Positions 51,100-64,000 of a stretch of DNA of 64,000 bases are shown piece by piece; position 1 is the stretch's first letter; every line of letters begins with the position of its first letter. Where the stretch lies: positions 62,620,001 to 62,684,000 of the forward strand of contig OZ024743.1 of assembly GCA_964016885.1 (NCBI GenBank), read 5' to 3'. The notes below the pieces were generated by a model. The model saw only the letters and a list, made by a program, of their open reading frames with translations. It had not been told where the DNA came from and ran no database searches. The DNA is from Eledone cirrhosa. Lineage: Eukaryota. Made by a program: the position numbers and the translations under genes.

Positions 51100-51288
51100 A
51101 ACGAAGGAAATGTGGTAAGGAACCAGGTGGACCATAACGCACCAAAGTACTCAATACTTGAGGTAGTAGAGTGGGTAATAGGAACCAGTAAGACCCCGAC
51201 AGCTGAGCTCAAGCCGTTTCGACGGCTAATTCAGTCCAGAATTAGCCGTCGAAACGGCTTGAGCTCAGCTGTCGGGGTCTTACTGGTT

Positions 51289-51293
<5 letters not shown>
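51100..51293 (-). mobile_element. Short copy of the same element with a terminal palindrome
   Basis: 51178-51293 has ~55-bp arms around a 6-nt spacer. The tail matches 49664-49745. Confidence 0.9.
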
Positions 51294-51318
<25 letters not shown>

Positions 51319-51321
<3 letters not shown>

Positions 51322-53390
51322 TCATCATCATCATCATCAACGTTTAACGTCCGTGTTCCACGCTTGCATGGGTTTGGACGGGGGTAGTCCCACTTGAGGC
51401 AAGAGTGATTGTCTTGCTCGCATAGGACTGTCTGGCAGGTTTTCTACAGTTGGATGCCCTTCCTAACACCAACCACATTTACAGTGTGGGTCTGGGAGGT
51501 TTTTACCGTGTTGCCTACACGGCCACATTACAGCGTGGACTGTGTGTTTTTTTTGTCGTGACACCTACACGATCTCATTTGTTTCGGCCTCGATGGCGCG
51601 GCACCAACATAACTTTACATAGAACGGGGTGGTGTGGATGGGGTAGGGGTGGGGGTGGTGGGACGGGGTGTATTTTGTTAGGGATGCCTACTGGCTGGAG
51701 TAGGTTTTACTATATATTTAGGTAAGGCGGGTCTTCTCTGTTACTGAGTACCGCCAAAGGTCTCGGTCCAGTGACATTGTCTTGGAGAGGTGTAAGTGTG
51801 TGATGTCGGAGTTTATCAGCTCGTCCCAGGTTTTTCTAGGTCTGCCTATTCCGTGACTACCGTCTATCTTTATTGCCCTGCACTTTGTTATACAGCTATC
51901 GACTTTCATGCGCATCACGTGTCCATACCAACGTAGCCTTCTCTCGAGTAAACAACATCTGATCCCTCTTATCTCTAATTTATTCCTTAGTTCGTTTATG
52001 CTTTGCCGTTCACGTATATTACTGTTACACATCCAGCGGAGCATGCAAGCTTCGTTCCTCTCTAGTCTGCGTATATCCTCTGCACACAATGCCCAGGTCT
52101 CACTGCCATGCAGCATTGCTGTTCGTATGCAGGCATCGTACAACCTGCCTTTCATTTTTAGTGAGAACCCTTTAGCAGCTAATAGTGGTATAAGCTCTCT
52201 GAACTTTTTCCAACCAGTTCTGACTCTAGCTACAGTACTTTCAGAGCACCCTCCCCCACTGCTGATTTTATCGCCCAGGTAACGGAAGCTGTCCACTATT
52301 TCTATAGAACCCTCTGCGCAATTGAAAGAGCTAGTAGCTTGTGGGCACTTGCTGCTACTTATTGCACCAGAGCACCGGCCACATGTAAAATCTATGTTCT
52401 TAGTTAGCTTACCTGTGATCCCACTACATCTTTTATGCACCCATACTTTGCATTTAGGACATAAAATGGAGTTTCTACCTACGCCTTTCCTACACACCGA
52501 GCACGACCATTTCCCAGAAGGGACCGCCGCCTTGTTTTCTTTCCTACAAACTAGTACTTTGGTCTTAGCCAGGTTAATTTTAAGTCCTTTTGACTCTAAG
52601 CCGTGCTTCCATGTTTGGAATTTCTTCTCTAGCTCGGCCATTGATTCCGCTATGAGTGTCAGGTCGTCTGCGTATAGGAGTTCCCATGGGCAGCCTGTCT
52701 TGAACTCCTCTGTTATAGCCTGAAGGGCAATAATAAATAGTAGTGGGCTGAGAACAGAGCCCTGATGGACGCCAACTTTTACGCTAAACTCTTCACTATA
52801 TTCGTTGTTAATTCTAACCTTGCTGACTGTTTCTTTATACATGGCTTGTATAGCCCTCACAAGCCATTCGTCAACGCCTAGTTTTCTAAGAGCCCACCAG
52901 ATAATGGAGCGGGGGACTCTGTCGAAGGCTTTCTCCAAGTCGACAAAAGCTAAGTAGAGGGGTTTACCTTTAGCTAGGTACTTCTCCTGTAGTTGTCGTA
53001 CTATGAAAAGAGCGTCTGTGGTACTTTTGCCTGACACAAACCCGAACTGCATTTCATCTAGGTCAATTCTCTCTCTGATTAGTTGCGCTATTACTTTTTC
53101 CGTGACCTTCATGACCTGGTCGATTAATTTAATGCCTCTATAGTTACTCCTATCTAGGGCGTCTCCTTTACCCTTATAACAGTTAACGATGATGCTGCTA
53201 TGCCAGTCCTTCGGAACAACCCCATTCTGTACGACTTGGTTAACTATGCGGGTGACCATGGTGTGTCCCACCGTGCCAGATGCCTTCAGCATCTCAGCAA
53301 CTATTTCCGAAGGCCCAGCCGCCTTACCCGTCTTCATATCCTTGATTGCCTTACTTATTATACTCCCCTCGACTAACACTGCTGGTCCCT
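51319..53390 (-). mobile_element. 5'-truncated young RTE LINE with open RT ORF, internal PHD finger, 3' UTR and (GAT)n tail, in (TA)n
   Basis: 553-aa ORF at 51718-53379 with NYRGIKL, FVDLEKAFD, GVHQGSVLSP, LLYADD, YLG and RLRWYGHV. The tail ends gatgatgatga. Confidence 0.95.
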
Positions 53391-53477
53391 ATATATATAT
53401 ATGTGTGTGTATCTATAAATATATATGTGTGTGTATGTATAAATATATATGTGTGTGTGTGTATGTATATATATATA

Positions 53478-53518
<41 letters not shown>

Positions 53519-53644
53519 GTTTGTATATATATATATATGTGTGTGTTTGTATATATATATATATGTTTATCTCGGGAATTTTACCTGCCCTTGATAGATA
53601 GATATGTTTGTAAGTGTGTATATATATGTGTGTATATATATATA

Positions 53645-53967
53645 CGCTGTAAATGTGGCCGTGTAGGCAACACGGTAAAAACCTCCCAGCCCCACACTGT
53701 AAATGTGGTTGGTGTTAGGAAGGGCATCCAGCTGTAGAAAACCCGCCAGACAGTCCACGCTGTAATGTGGCCGTGTAGGCAACACGGTAAAAACCTCCCA
53801 GCCCCACACTGTAAATGTGGTTGGTGTTAGGAAGGGCATCCAACTGTAGAAAACCCGCCAGACAGTCCTATGCGAGCAAGACAACCACTCTTGCCTCAAG
53901 TGGGAAAACACCCGTCCAAACCCATGCAAGCGTGGAACACGGACGCTAAACCTGATGATGATGATGA

Positions 53968-53971
<4 letters not shown>
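53645..53971 (+). mobile_element. RTE 3' tail copy with an internal ~111-bp tandem duplication
   Basis: Inverted match to 51319-51537. acgctgtaa..cagacagtcc is repeated. Confidence 0.88.
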
Positions 53972-54017
<46 letters not shown>

Positions 54018-54622
54018 GTCTATTTTACACTGATTTATACAGACTAGTACCCTCATCTTGGTTTTATAGTTACAATATTTTGTTTGAAACAGGACTATAA
54101 CAACTGAAATTAGGATAGTTATTTGAATGAATTATGGTGCAATATGTGTGTTGTTGAATGGTAGAAGAGAAACAATTAAAATAAGGTTCTCAGTACATCA
54201 GGTAGAGATAGTATTTATTTTATTTCATTGAGAGTCTTTATCACAAGATTAGTCCTGTTTTATTTGGTAGCTTTCTGATGATTTCATAACCAAATAAAAC
54301 AGAACCAGTCAGGAAACAGTCACCTCCCAATGAAATAAAATAAATTACATTTATTTGTATATGTGCATACATACATTTATCTATACACTTTATAAACATA
54401 TACACAAAACATAAGCTGCCAAACAAATAAAATGAAAATATGGATATTTGACAGAAGTGAAACCTTCATGTCAAGGAACAGAAACAACTTAACTACACCC
54501 GGTGTCTTCATTGCTGGGGGAAACTCTAGTGAAAGGGGGGGGGGGGGGGGGGGGGGGTGATGGAATTAATTTTGTTGGAAATATCCACAATAGCTCCCTG
54601 ATCTCTAACTAGCTACCATATA

Positions 54623-54937
54623 CTCTTTGGTCTTGAATAATAGCCCCACTCACACTAATTTTTCAGATTTTTTTCCAAGCCCCCTTTAAATTTTATTTTA
54701 AGTGTTATTCCTGCAACTATTGATTTTCTTTATACATCAAAAAATATACATGACAAAAAAGTAGATTACTAGAAATCCCATATGTTATAAAATAAATAGG
54801 ATGGGTTGGGGCCTCAATATGTAAACTAAACCACTGATTCTGGTTTCCAAAAAAATTAATGAAGACAACAGAAAAAAATTCTGATCCCCCCCTCTCACTT
54901 ATCCCTCCCCCCCCCCTTATTATTTGGGACCTGAGAG
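54623..54937. mobile_element. MITE (second copy at 60047-60398)
   Basis: Termini ctct(t)gggtc..aataa / ttatt.ggac.tgagag. Shared interior ttactagaaat.ccatatgttataaaataaata. Confidence 0.7.
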
Positions 54938-54946
54938 AAGTATATA

Positions 54947-55122
54947 CAGGTAAAATTCTGTTATAACAAATACCATTATAATGAATTTTTCAGTATAACA
55001 ACATTTTTTTCAATCCCCGGCTATACACTTGATGTATTAGGTCGATCTTGTTATAAACAATTTTTCGTTACCACAATTTTCTTTTTATACCCTGTGAATT
55101 TCGTTGTAACGGAATTTCACTG
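54947..55122. mobile_element. Tigger/pogo-like MITE
   Basis: TA|caggtaaaattctgttataac ... gttgtaacggaatttcactg|TA. Confidence 0.7.
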
Positions 55123-55419
55123 TATATGGATGTGAATTGTTAGTTTTACATCGACTGCAGGAGCTACTCTTGCTGTTTTGTTTATTTGATCTCTGAATTG
55201 TTTCATTTTTATTTGTTTGTTTTTCTATTGCTACATTATTTTCTTATTTGTTACATACATCATCATCACCGCCATCTTCTCCTCCTCCAAAAACAACATT
55301 GTTGTATCACTATCACCAACAACAGTAACGTTATTTAGAAAACATACAAAAACAAACATTATACTGTTAACTTCTCCAATGAAACTGGAAATCTCATGTT
55401 TTTGTTTTTAATATGAAAT

Positions 55420-55586
55420 TTGGCAGTATCGGTAAAGCGTCAGACATCATGCTATGCAGCACAGAGTTATGGCCCTTTACGTTTTGGGTACAATTCCTGC
55501 CAAGGTTAGCTTTGCCTTTCATCCTTACGGGGTCAATAATGCAGTGGGGTAATTGCTGGCCTTGTGCTAAAAGTAGAAACATTATT
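55420..55586 (+). mobile_element. tRNA-SINE
   Basis: A-box, core and tail present. Confidence 0.85.
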
Positions 55587-55821
55587 ATAAATCTTGTTTT
55601 CAGTTGTTCATATTTACAACCATCTTAAAATGATTGCAATATCTGATAAACATGGACAGTTAAAAGTGTCCTTTATAATTCAACAGAAAACCTTAAAACA
55701 GATTAGATGTAATATTAACTTTTATAGTAGTCGGCAACAATAGAGTAATCTCCCCTTATTACATAATGCAGTGTCAAGAGAAGCAATTCATAAAAAATTC
55801 AGTATGCTGAAGGTTAAATTA

Positions 55822-57000
55822 GCTTCAATAGGAACCAAACCATCTTTTACTGAGAGCTATAGACTTCAGTATTAGGAACCAAACCATCTTTTACTGAAAG
55901 ATATAGACTTAATATTAGGAACTAAACTATCTTTTACATAGAGCTATAGACTTAATAATAGGAACTAAACCATCTTTTACTGAGAGATATAGACTTAATA
56001 ATAGGAACTAAACCATCTTTTACTGAAAGCTATAGACTTAATAATAGGAACTAAACCATCTTTTACTGAAAGATATAGACTTAATAATAGGAACTAAACC
56101 ATCTTTTACTGAAAGCTATAGACTTAATAATAGGAACTAAACCATCTTTTACTGAAAGATATAGACTTAATATTAGGAACTAAACTATCTTTTACATAGA
56201 GCTATAGACTTAATAATAGGAACTAAACCATCTTTTACTGAGAGATATAGACTTAATAATAGGAACTAAACCATCTTTTACTGAGAGATATAGACTTAAT
56301 AATAGGAACTAAACCATCTTTTACTGAAAGCTATAGACTTAATAATAGGAACTAAACCATCTTTTACTGAAAGATATAGACTTAATATTAGGAACTAAAC
56401 TATCTTTTACATAGAGCTATAGACTTAATAATAGGAACTAAAACTTCTTTTACTGAAAGCTATAGACTTAATAATAGGAACTAAACCATCTTTTACTCAA
56501 AGCTATAGACTTAATAATAGGAACTAAACCATCTTTTCATGAGAGCTATAGACTTCAGTATTAGGAACCAAACCATCTTTTACTGAGAGCTATAGACTTC
56601 AGTATTAGGAACCAAACCATCTTTTACTGAGAGCTATAGACTTAATAATTGTTTCTACTATTGGCACAAGGCCAGCAATTACCCAGTGCATTACTGGTAC
56701 TTTATTTTATCGACCCCGTAAGGATGAAAAGCAAAGTTAACCTCGGCGGGATTTGAACTCAGAATGGCAAGGGGCGTAACTCTATGCATCAAAGCATGGC
56801 GTCCGACACTCTACCGATACTGCCAATCTACCACCTATAGACTTAATAATAGGAACCAAACCATCTTTTACATAGAGCTATAGACTTAATAATAGGAACT
56901 AAACCATCTTTTACTGAGAGATATAGACTTCAATATTAGGAACTAAACCATCTTTTCCTGAGAGATGTAGATCTCAGTATTAGTAACTGGACCAACTTTT
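55822..57000. repeat. 38-39-bp minisatellite interrupted by a SINE
   Basis: Unit aataggaactaaaccatcttttactgagagctatagactt(aat), about 25 copies. Confidence 0.97.
56650..56835 (-). mobile_element. Full-length tRNA-SINE with a 16-bp TSD
   Basis: Flanked by ctatagacttaataat on both sides. Confidence 0.92.
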
Positions 57001-57573
57001 ATATAGAGGGGTACAAATCCCAGTGTTAGGAAATAAACCAACTTTTTTATAGAAACCTTAGTTGTAGTCTTTTGTGCTAATCAATCAGTGCAAATTTGGT
57101 TACATCTGACAACTACTATAACATGTTATGACAGATTGTTAATAATTCTATTAAAAAAAAGGTGGGGTGGCTTCTAGACATGTCACAAAAACAGAAAGGA
57201 GCAAATCATCAGATCATACCCCAAAAAACAATCTTTCTGTTGCTGATATTATTTGTGGGTCATAACTTTTGGAAGAAAGGGCAACATGAAATAAAGTATT
57301 TTGCTCATGAACACAAGATGCCACCCAGTCCAGGAACCAAACCCTTGGCCTTAAGACTGTGAGTGTAACAGTCTAGGCCACATGCCCTCATGTCTCTGAA
57401 AACTTAAATAATAGCAATTAAATTTGGTGAATAAATTAGATAGCCATACAGTGCAGCATAATAATGATATATTCAAAATAACAGTTATCTTAATTCTATA
57501 ATAGTGATATATCCAAAATAACTGATACATTTCCTGAAAATAAGTTATTTTAATTCTATTATTAAAGGACATT

Positions 57574-58185
57574 GGTGGATTGGCAGTATCGGTAGAGGGT
57601 CGGACGCCATGCTTTGCAGCATAGAGTTACGGCCCTTTGTGGTCTGAGTTAAAAAACTGCTGAGGTTAATTAACTTTGCCTTTCATCCTTACAGGGTCAA
57701 TAAAATAAAGTACCAGTAATGCACTGGGATAATTGCTGGCCTTGTGCCAAAAGTAGAAACAATTATTAAAGAACATTTTGGGCGGTGGATTGGCAGTATC
57801 GGTAGAGAGTCGGACACCATGCTTTGCAGCACAGAGTTACGGTCCTTTATGATCTGACTTCAAATCCTGCCGAGGTTAACTTTACCTTTCATCCTTATGG
57901 AGTCGATAAAATAAAGTACCTGTCATGCACTGGGGTCAATTTAATCAACTTTCCCCTCCCCCAAAATTGCTAGCCTTGTGCCTATATAAGAAACCATTGT
58001 GGATTGGCAGTATTGGTAGAGGGTCGGACGCCATGCTTTGACGTATAGAGTTACGGCTCTTTCCATTCTGAGTTCAAATCCCGCCGAGGTTAACTTTGCC
58101 TTTCATCCTTACGGGGTCGATAAAATAAAGTACCAGTAATAGACTGGGTAATTGCTGGCCTTGTGCCTAACGTAGAAACAATTAT
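57574..58185 (+). mobile_element. Three head-to-tail tRNA-SINEs
   Basis: Starts at ~57574, 57782 and 57999. attattaaag(a/g)acatt recurs at ~57559, 57762 and 58181. Confidence 0.92.
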
Positions 58186-58268
58186 TAAAGAACATTTTGA
58201 AAATTTACATTTTCTCAGCTGAATCTCATTTAAAGTCCCACAGATTACAATATCAGGTACAATATTAA

Positions 58269-58437
58269 CCCTTTTGATGCCAAAACCACCCATTTTAAAG
58301 GGTTACTATTTAAATAATATTATATAAGAACCAAATGTTAAGTAATGAAATAATTATAATAATTTTAGTAAATCCCTCGAAATTTATTAATTAATTGAAA
58401 TCGAATGTATTTAATTAGAAGTATGATTATGAAAGGG
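58269..58437. mobile_element. piggyBac-type MITE (related partial copy at 58692-58900)
   Basis: TTAA|cccttt ... aaaggg|TTAA. Confidence 0.7.
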
Positions 58438-58509
58438 TTAACTTGCTTTCACCAGTCTTGTAGGTCATGAAAAGGTGTAATTGGTATTTCTCTTCATTAT
58501 CTGATTAAG

Positions 58510-58640
58510 TTACGTCCCTTTACGATCTGAGTTCAAATCTCGCCGAGGTTGACTTTGCCTTTCATCCTTACGGGGTCGATAAAATAAAGTACCAGTAATG
58601 CACTGGGTAATTGCTGGCCTTGTGCCTAAAGTAGAAACAA
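58510..58640 (+). mobile_element. 5'-truncated tRNA-SINE with the TSD attatctgattaag
   Basis: Direct repeat at 58496 and 58640. Confidence 0.9.
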
Positions 58641-59324
58641 TTATCTGATTAAGCAAAAATATTTTTAAGTAAAGGGGAAAGACTAAACCCTTTAACCCTT
58701 TAGTTACCAGGCCCAATATACCTGCTCTGGTTCTATAAAATTTTAAAGGTTTCCAATTTAAATTAAAATCTTCCATCATAATTTTATATAAGAACCTTAC
58801 ATTAAGTTACTATCTTAGTAATGAAATAATAAATAATTTTAGTACATCCCTTAAAATTCTTTATTAATTAATTGAAATAGAGTGTATTTCATTAGAAATG
58901 CAGTCAGTGTTATGTTTAGTCAATAGAAGAGATTAATATTCATATATACACGATGATGATGACACTAACTCATTCAATGGAAGGGACATCACTATAATGT
59001 TCATATTTGTCGAATTTCCATCAGTTACAATTATGAAAGTTCCAGTTGATTCAATCAATAGAATAAATAGCCTGATCATGAAATTAACATGCAAGTGGCT
59101 GAGCATTCCACAGACACATCTTCTCTTAATGTAGTGCTCAAGAAGATTCATATACAGTCTGTAGTACACAATCTCATTCAATAAAAAGGCTATGATATTC
59201 ATATAACCTATGAACTACACTACCTCAGACATTAAAAGAGATGTCCCTACATTATTTCAGCCAATAAAAGGAATATCACCACATGAGAAAAAAAAAGGGA
59301 CCAAATCCACCATGTAAAGTGATT

Positions 59325-59560
59325 GTGTTGGTGACATGATGAAAAAGCACCCAGTTCACCCTATAAGGTGGTCGTGCTGGTGACATGATGAAAAAGCACC
59401 CAGTTCACACTGAAACATGGACGGCATTAGGAAGGGCATCCAGCTATAGAAACCAAGCCAAACAAGACATGGTCTCCTGACCTGACTTGTCTCGTAATGT
59501 GACAACTCATCTAACCCATACAAGTATGGAAAAATAGTTGTTAAACAATGATGATGATGT
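59325..59560 (+). mobile_element. Diverged RTE 3' tail fragment
   Basis: aaaagcacccag x2, ttaggaagggcatccagct and a (gat)n tail. Confidence 0.7.
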
Positions 59561-61510
59561 GTGTAATACACTATCTCAGTCAGTAGAAGAGATATCCCCA
59601 TATAATATTCATATGAACTGGGAAGTATGCTATATCAGTTAGTAAAATCTCTAGACTATTTTAGTTAATAAAAAGGATAATCTTACACTATAATATTCTT
59701 AAATATATATATATATAATTAGTAATACACTGCCCCAGCCAATAAAAGGAATATCACCACACTATAATATTTATACAAATGATGTGTATTATTACACATA
59801 GTCCCTATTACAGTCAGCAAAATGGATATCCTCCATAATATTCATATAAATCATCTTTAAACACTACCTCAATCAGGGAAATGGATACCTCCACACAATA
59901 ATATTTATATGTAAAATACACTACCTCAATCAGTAAAAGAACATTGGAATCCGGGAGAAGCTACTACAGTCGATCAGACAATTCTTCGTCCTAGCTCAAA
60001 CATGATGTAAACAATCACTTAACCTCCATACAATAATATTCATATACTCTTGGGTCTCAAATAATGCCCCCACACCTCACCCTGCTTTTTAATTTTTTCA
60101 GATTTATTCCAATTATTATTAAATTTTGCTAATCTGTCTCCAGCGAAAATTTATTTTAATTGGTAGCATTCTTATCAACAATTAATTTTCTTCATACATT
60201 ATACCTGACAAAAAAAAGTGCATTACTAGAAATTCCATATGTTATAAAATAAATAAGATGGGTTGGGTCTCAATATGTAAACTAAACGACTAATTCTGTT
60301 TTTTTTTTAAATTCAATGGAGACAATCTAGAAAAATTACAGATTTTCCACACACACACACCTGCTTATCCCCCGCCCCACTTATTTAGGACTTGAGAGTA
60401 AACTGTGTAGTACATACACTATCAGAAACTGGACCTTGTTTCTATCTTCAGCCCATCTCTCATCTTTACACATCTTGTGGTATTTATTGCTCAACCCATT
60501 TAATAACAACGAAACAAATCTGACCCTGATTCTATAAAACTAAATCACTAATTTTAAAGTGTTTCTATCTATATTAAAATCTTCTAGCATTATTTCAAGT
60601 GTATTTCATTAGAATTACTATGACGAAAGATCTATTCAGAATTTATTTCTTTTATTACCTACTACTAATCAGGTGCAGATTAAGCTTGCCTGGGGGCTCC
60701 TGGCTGAATATGTCTTCTATGTGTAATATATTATTTATAGAGGAAAATAAAAATTATAATTTAGAGTTCTTTAAATATTGTAGGGATTCTAGCTATAGCT
60801 CAATGAGGCCTACCCACTTAATTTTCCCCTATCATCATCACTCTTGTTATTTTTGTTATTGTTGTTTTTGCTCCCTAATTCAATAATGTTCCAAACATTC
60901 TTTGACTCTTGTAAATTGTTTATAGACTTTTAACTAGAACAGGTACAACACTGAGTCAACTTATGCTTTTGTGAATAAACAAAACTTTAAACAACCAAAA
61001 AGCAATATAATAAGACTTCTGTACATTTATTTTTCAGCTCAACTTCTGTATTACATCCTTTCTTTTTTTTTTTTAGGGGGTATTTTTGGCGTATCCTGTA
61101 ATGTACAGGCATCCTGTCAAGTAACCAATAATCATTATATACATTTACATACTCATATAAAAACTACTACATCTGTCACTCATAATCGAGTATAACTTGG
61201 TAGTATATACCATGTTTTTTACTAAGAGTTTTTGGTGCCCTTGCAGTCAATTGCAGACAAACATTTTCTCAACCCTCCCACTTTTGATACAGCAGAACTT
61301 CTAAGGTGTGACAGCTGGAAGGAAAGAGCTACACCAATGCTTGACTGCTACTTTTTTATCAACCCCAAAAGAATGAAAGATAAAGTGGACCTCGGCAAGA
61401 TTTGAACTCAATGCAAATTTTCTACCCATCTTACACACACACAGATATGTTTAATTACATATGGAAGAAAACATCAACTATCAAATAAAATGGAACCGAT
61501 CATATATTAC

Positions 61511-61690
61511 TTGTTTCTACTTTAGGCACAAGGCCAGCAATTACCCAGTGCATTACTGGTACTTTATTTTATCGACTCCCGTAAGGTTGAAAGGCAAAGT
61601 TAACCTCGGCGGGATTTGAACTGAGATCGAAAAGGGACGTAACTATGCTAGAAAGCATGGCGTCCGACCCTCTACCGATACTGCCAATCT
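61511..61690 (-). mobile_element. Full-length tRNA-SINE
   Basis: Reverse complement of the common SINE. Confidence 0.9.
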
Positions 61691-63599
61691 AATGGCACAA
61701 GATGATGTCAGTTAGGCACTGTAGAAAAAAATCACAGGATCAAGGGCTTGTCAAAATTGTTCTGAGGTAGTTAAGAGAAGAATAATGCCATTAGGATTTC
61801 TAGACCAAAAAGTTCTAAAGATCCAACAACAGCACCTCTCCTAAACCACCACTGGTCTCCCATCCCACTCCATTGATGACATTCTGATGCTTAGAGCCAT
61901 CTGCAAATTCTTATTTTTCTGTTTGATGACATCCATGGTGTCATTAATGTAAATAAGGAAGAGGAGCAGGGAGGCCCAACACAGTGATTGGTGGAACACC
62001 ACTGATGCACTTTGGTTGTGCTTGATTGCACTCCTTTGATCAAAATGTAGAGTTCGTCTAAGGTCTATGCGACTTAAACAATGACTTCGGCAGTTTCCGT
62101 GTCGCTAAACAGATTGATTAGAAAAATAAAATAAAACACAATCTCTCTGTACATAACAAAGATTGCCGAGCACACATAGAAGACTACCGGCGCGGAAACT
62201 GCGTAATTGTTTACATTGCGTTGACCTAAAAGGAAGGATTACCTGATCCACAGTAGTAGCTTCCCACGGATTCTAATGTTAGTTATTTTTTTATTTTTTT
62301 CAGCAGGATGCCGTGGTTGCCATGCTTACATTCATATATTTCACATATAACATGAACACATGTATGTGTGTCTGTGTGTTTGCATATATCTACAGGAAAA
62401 CGTTGAAATGTCAACTGTTGTCTGTCTAATAATATTTCCTCTTTGACCCTAAGAAAAAACAACGTTGTCCTATAATTATAGCAATGACATTGATGTTACA
62501 CTGTAGTGGTTGGTGGTGATGGTGGTAGTAGTAATGGTGGTTGTAGTAGTTGTTGTTGTGAGAAGTGGTAGTGTATATGATGCGATAGTCTTATTGCTAC
62601 ATATTTAGGTACAGCTGTACATGGGATTAGAATTTTATGAGCGAATGTGTAATATTTATGTTCATGTGTGTGACAAAGCTGGTCTTTTGGATTACAGTAG
62701 AACTCATTTTTCTTTCAAGCTGAATGAACTAGAACCTTTTTCAATGAGACAATTCACCACTGAGAATCGAACTTACAATCGTGACCCTAACTACTACGCC
62801 ACACGCCTTCACACACCCTTAAATAGATGCAAACAAACAGATTCATATAGAGATACGGAGGTCTGTATGGATGTATGTGATTCAAATGTTTGTGTGCGGT
62901 TCAACGCGTACAGATACGGAGGTATGTGCGTGACGTTCAACAGAAATACGGAGATCTGTATGTATGTGTGCGTGTAGTTCAACAAACACGACTGTATGTA
63001 TGGTTCATCAGAGATAAAGACCTGAATACCTAGAGACTGACATGTCAGTTAACCTTTAAGTACCCTCACAACAGCTTCGGGGACGCTAATTACCATCACT
63101 CACAGCATTCAAATCTGACAAATAATACGTCGACCTTCGGGGTGGGGAGGTCATGAACGTGCACTTCCGGTTAATAGTTCAAAATGAAAAACCCTACTTT
63201 GAGCGATTGTCAATCCTTTTGATACTGAACCGCCCCTGGTTCTATAATACTGTTTGTTTTAAAGTGTTTATATTTATCTTAAAAACGTTCCCAAAACTAG
63301 CTTAATAAGAAAGTTAGTTATGTTACTTTTTTTTTTTTTCTGGCCGAGTTTACACTCGCAAATAAGAACCAGGGCCACCCCTAGGAGCATTGGATTTGGT
63401 GTACTTCATATCTGTTTCGGTTGCTGAATACAATCAGGGATCGCTGCTTCTCCCGAAGATCAATAGTTCTCTTCTAACTCAACGCCTTTGCATTGATCAT
63501 CTGCAAAGCTGCATTGTTCTCAGAACCACTACACCAGTCTTTCGATGTGTGCAGCTAGAACTACTGCCACCCATTTATTTGGCAGGATCGCAACTCATT

Positions 63600-63712
63600 T
63601 CTACAGCTAGAGCAACGTGAAATAAAGTGTCTTGCTCAAGGATACACCACATCATCCGGTCCGAGAATCAAACACAGCAAGCCCAATACTCTAACCACTA
63701 AGCCATGCGCCT
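63600..63712 (-). mobile_element. Second tRNA-SINE family, head region (related piece at 57280-57390)
   Basis: The minus strand reads aggcgcatggcttagtggttagag (A-box) ... ccttgagcaagacactt, a CORE-like segment. Confidence 0.7.
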
Positions 63713-63859
63713 TATATTACTATACTCCTTTAAATTCTTAATAATCTTAAAATCTAAGAAAACCACACTATTTAAAAACAGAAAGGCAAGGGCTCTAGGG
63801 TCACAGAATAATGGGAGGATGATGGGCTCTACGCCTAACGCGCGGCAGTTTTGGGGCTT

Positions 63860-64000
63860 CGCCCCGCGAATAAGATTGACACACACTGCAACAGCCACCC
63901 CACCTCGCAGGGCTCCTTCCTCAGACGGGCTGCTGACATTCCGATCTTGCGGAGGAGCTCGATAGTAGGAGGTCCAAGTACGCCTAAGGTCTCGATGGTG
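63860..64000 (-). mobile_element. CRE-clade non-LTR retrotransposon, C-terminal fragment
   Basis: The minus strand translates to TIETLGVLGPPTIELLRKIG..EPCEVGWLLQCVSI, resembling the ETLG..G..L..IG..L.QR.S motif after the CRE restriction-like endonuclease. Confidence 0.65.

Noticed and set aside
57574-57660. tRNA genes at SINE heads
   Set aside because: A and B boxes are present, but there is no cloverleaf and each continues into a SINE body.

Overview
This is eukaryotic, AT-rich and repeat-dominated DNA. The SINE types and the density of (TA)n/(CA)n suggest a mollusc, probably a cephalopod (inference). Bases 1-20387 are about 51.5 near-identical head-to-tail copies of a ~396-bp satellite. 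The 63-aa ORFs are a by-product of that repeat. The array ends in an inverted partial monomer that abuts a ~540-bp (TA)n tract. The rest is a nest of mobile elements, many inserted into TA microsatellites: a Hydra-type Penelope-like element (PLE), RTE LINEs (one with an internal PHD finger, one with three C-terminal C2H2 fingers), CR1/L2 and CRE fragments, a Ty3/Gypsy remnant, two non-autonomous Helitrons, an uninterrupted DD37D (maT) transposon, MITEs and many tRNA-SINEs. There is one host gene, a LicD/fukutin-family protein. The main hidden signal is a set of unrelated short non-coding elements that each carry a type I hammerhead ribozyme, two with a U3-A8 core variant. Several end in inverted or palindromic termini against (TA)n, so they look like retrozymes or PLE-mobilised elements. 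The satellite shares this terminal architecture and shares three spaced conserved blocks with a dispersed element at ~26 kb. All alignments and folds were done by eye.
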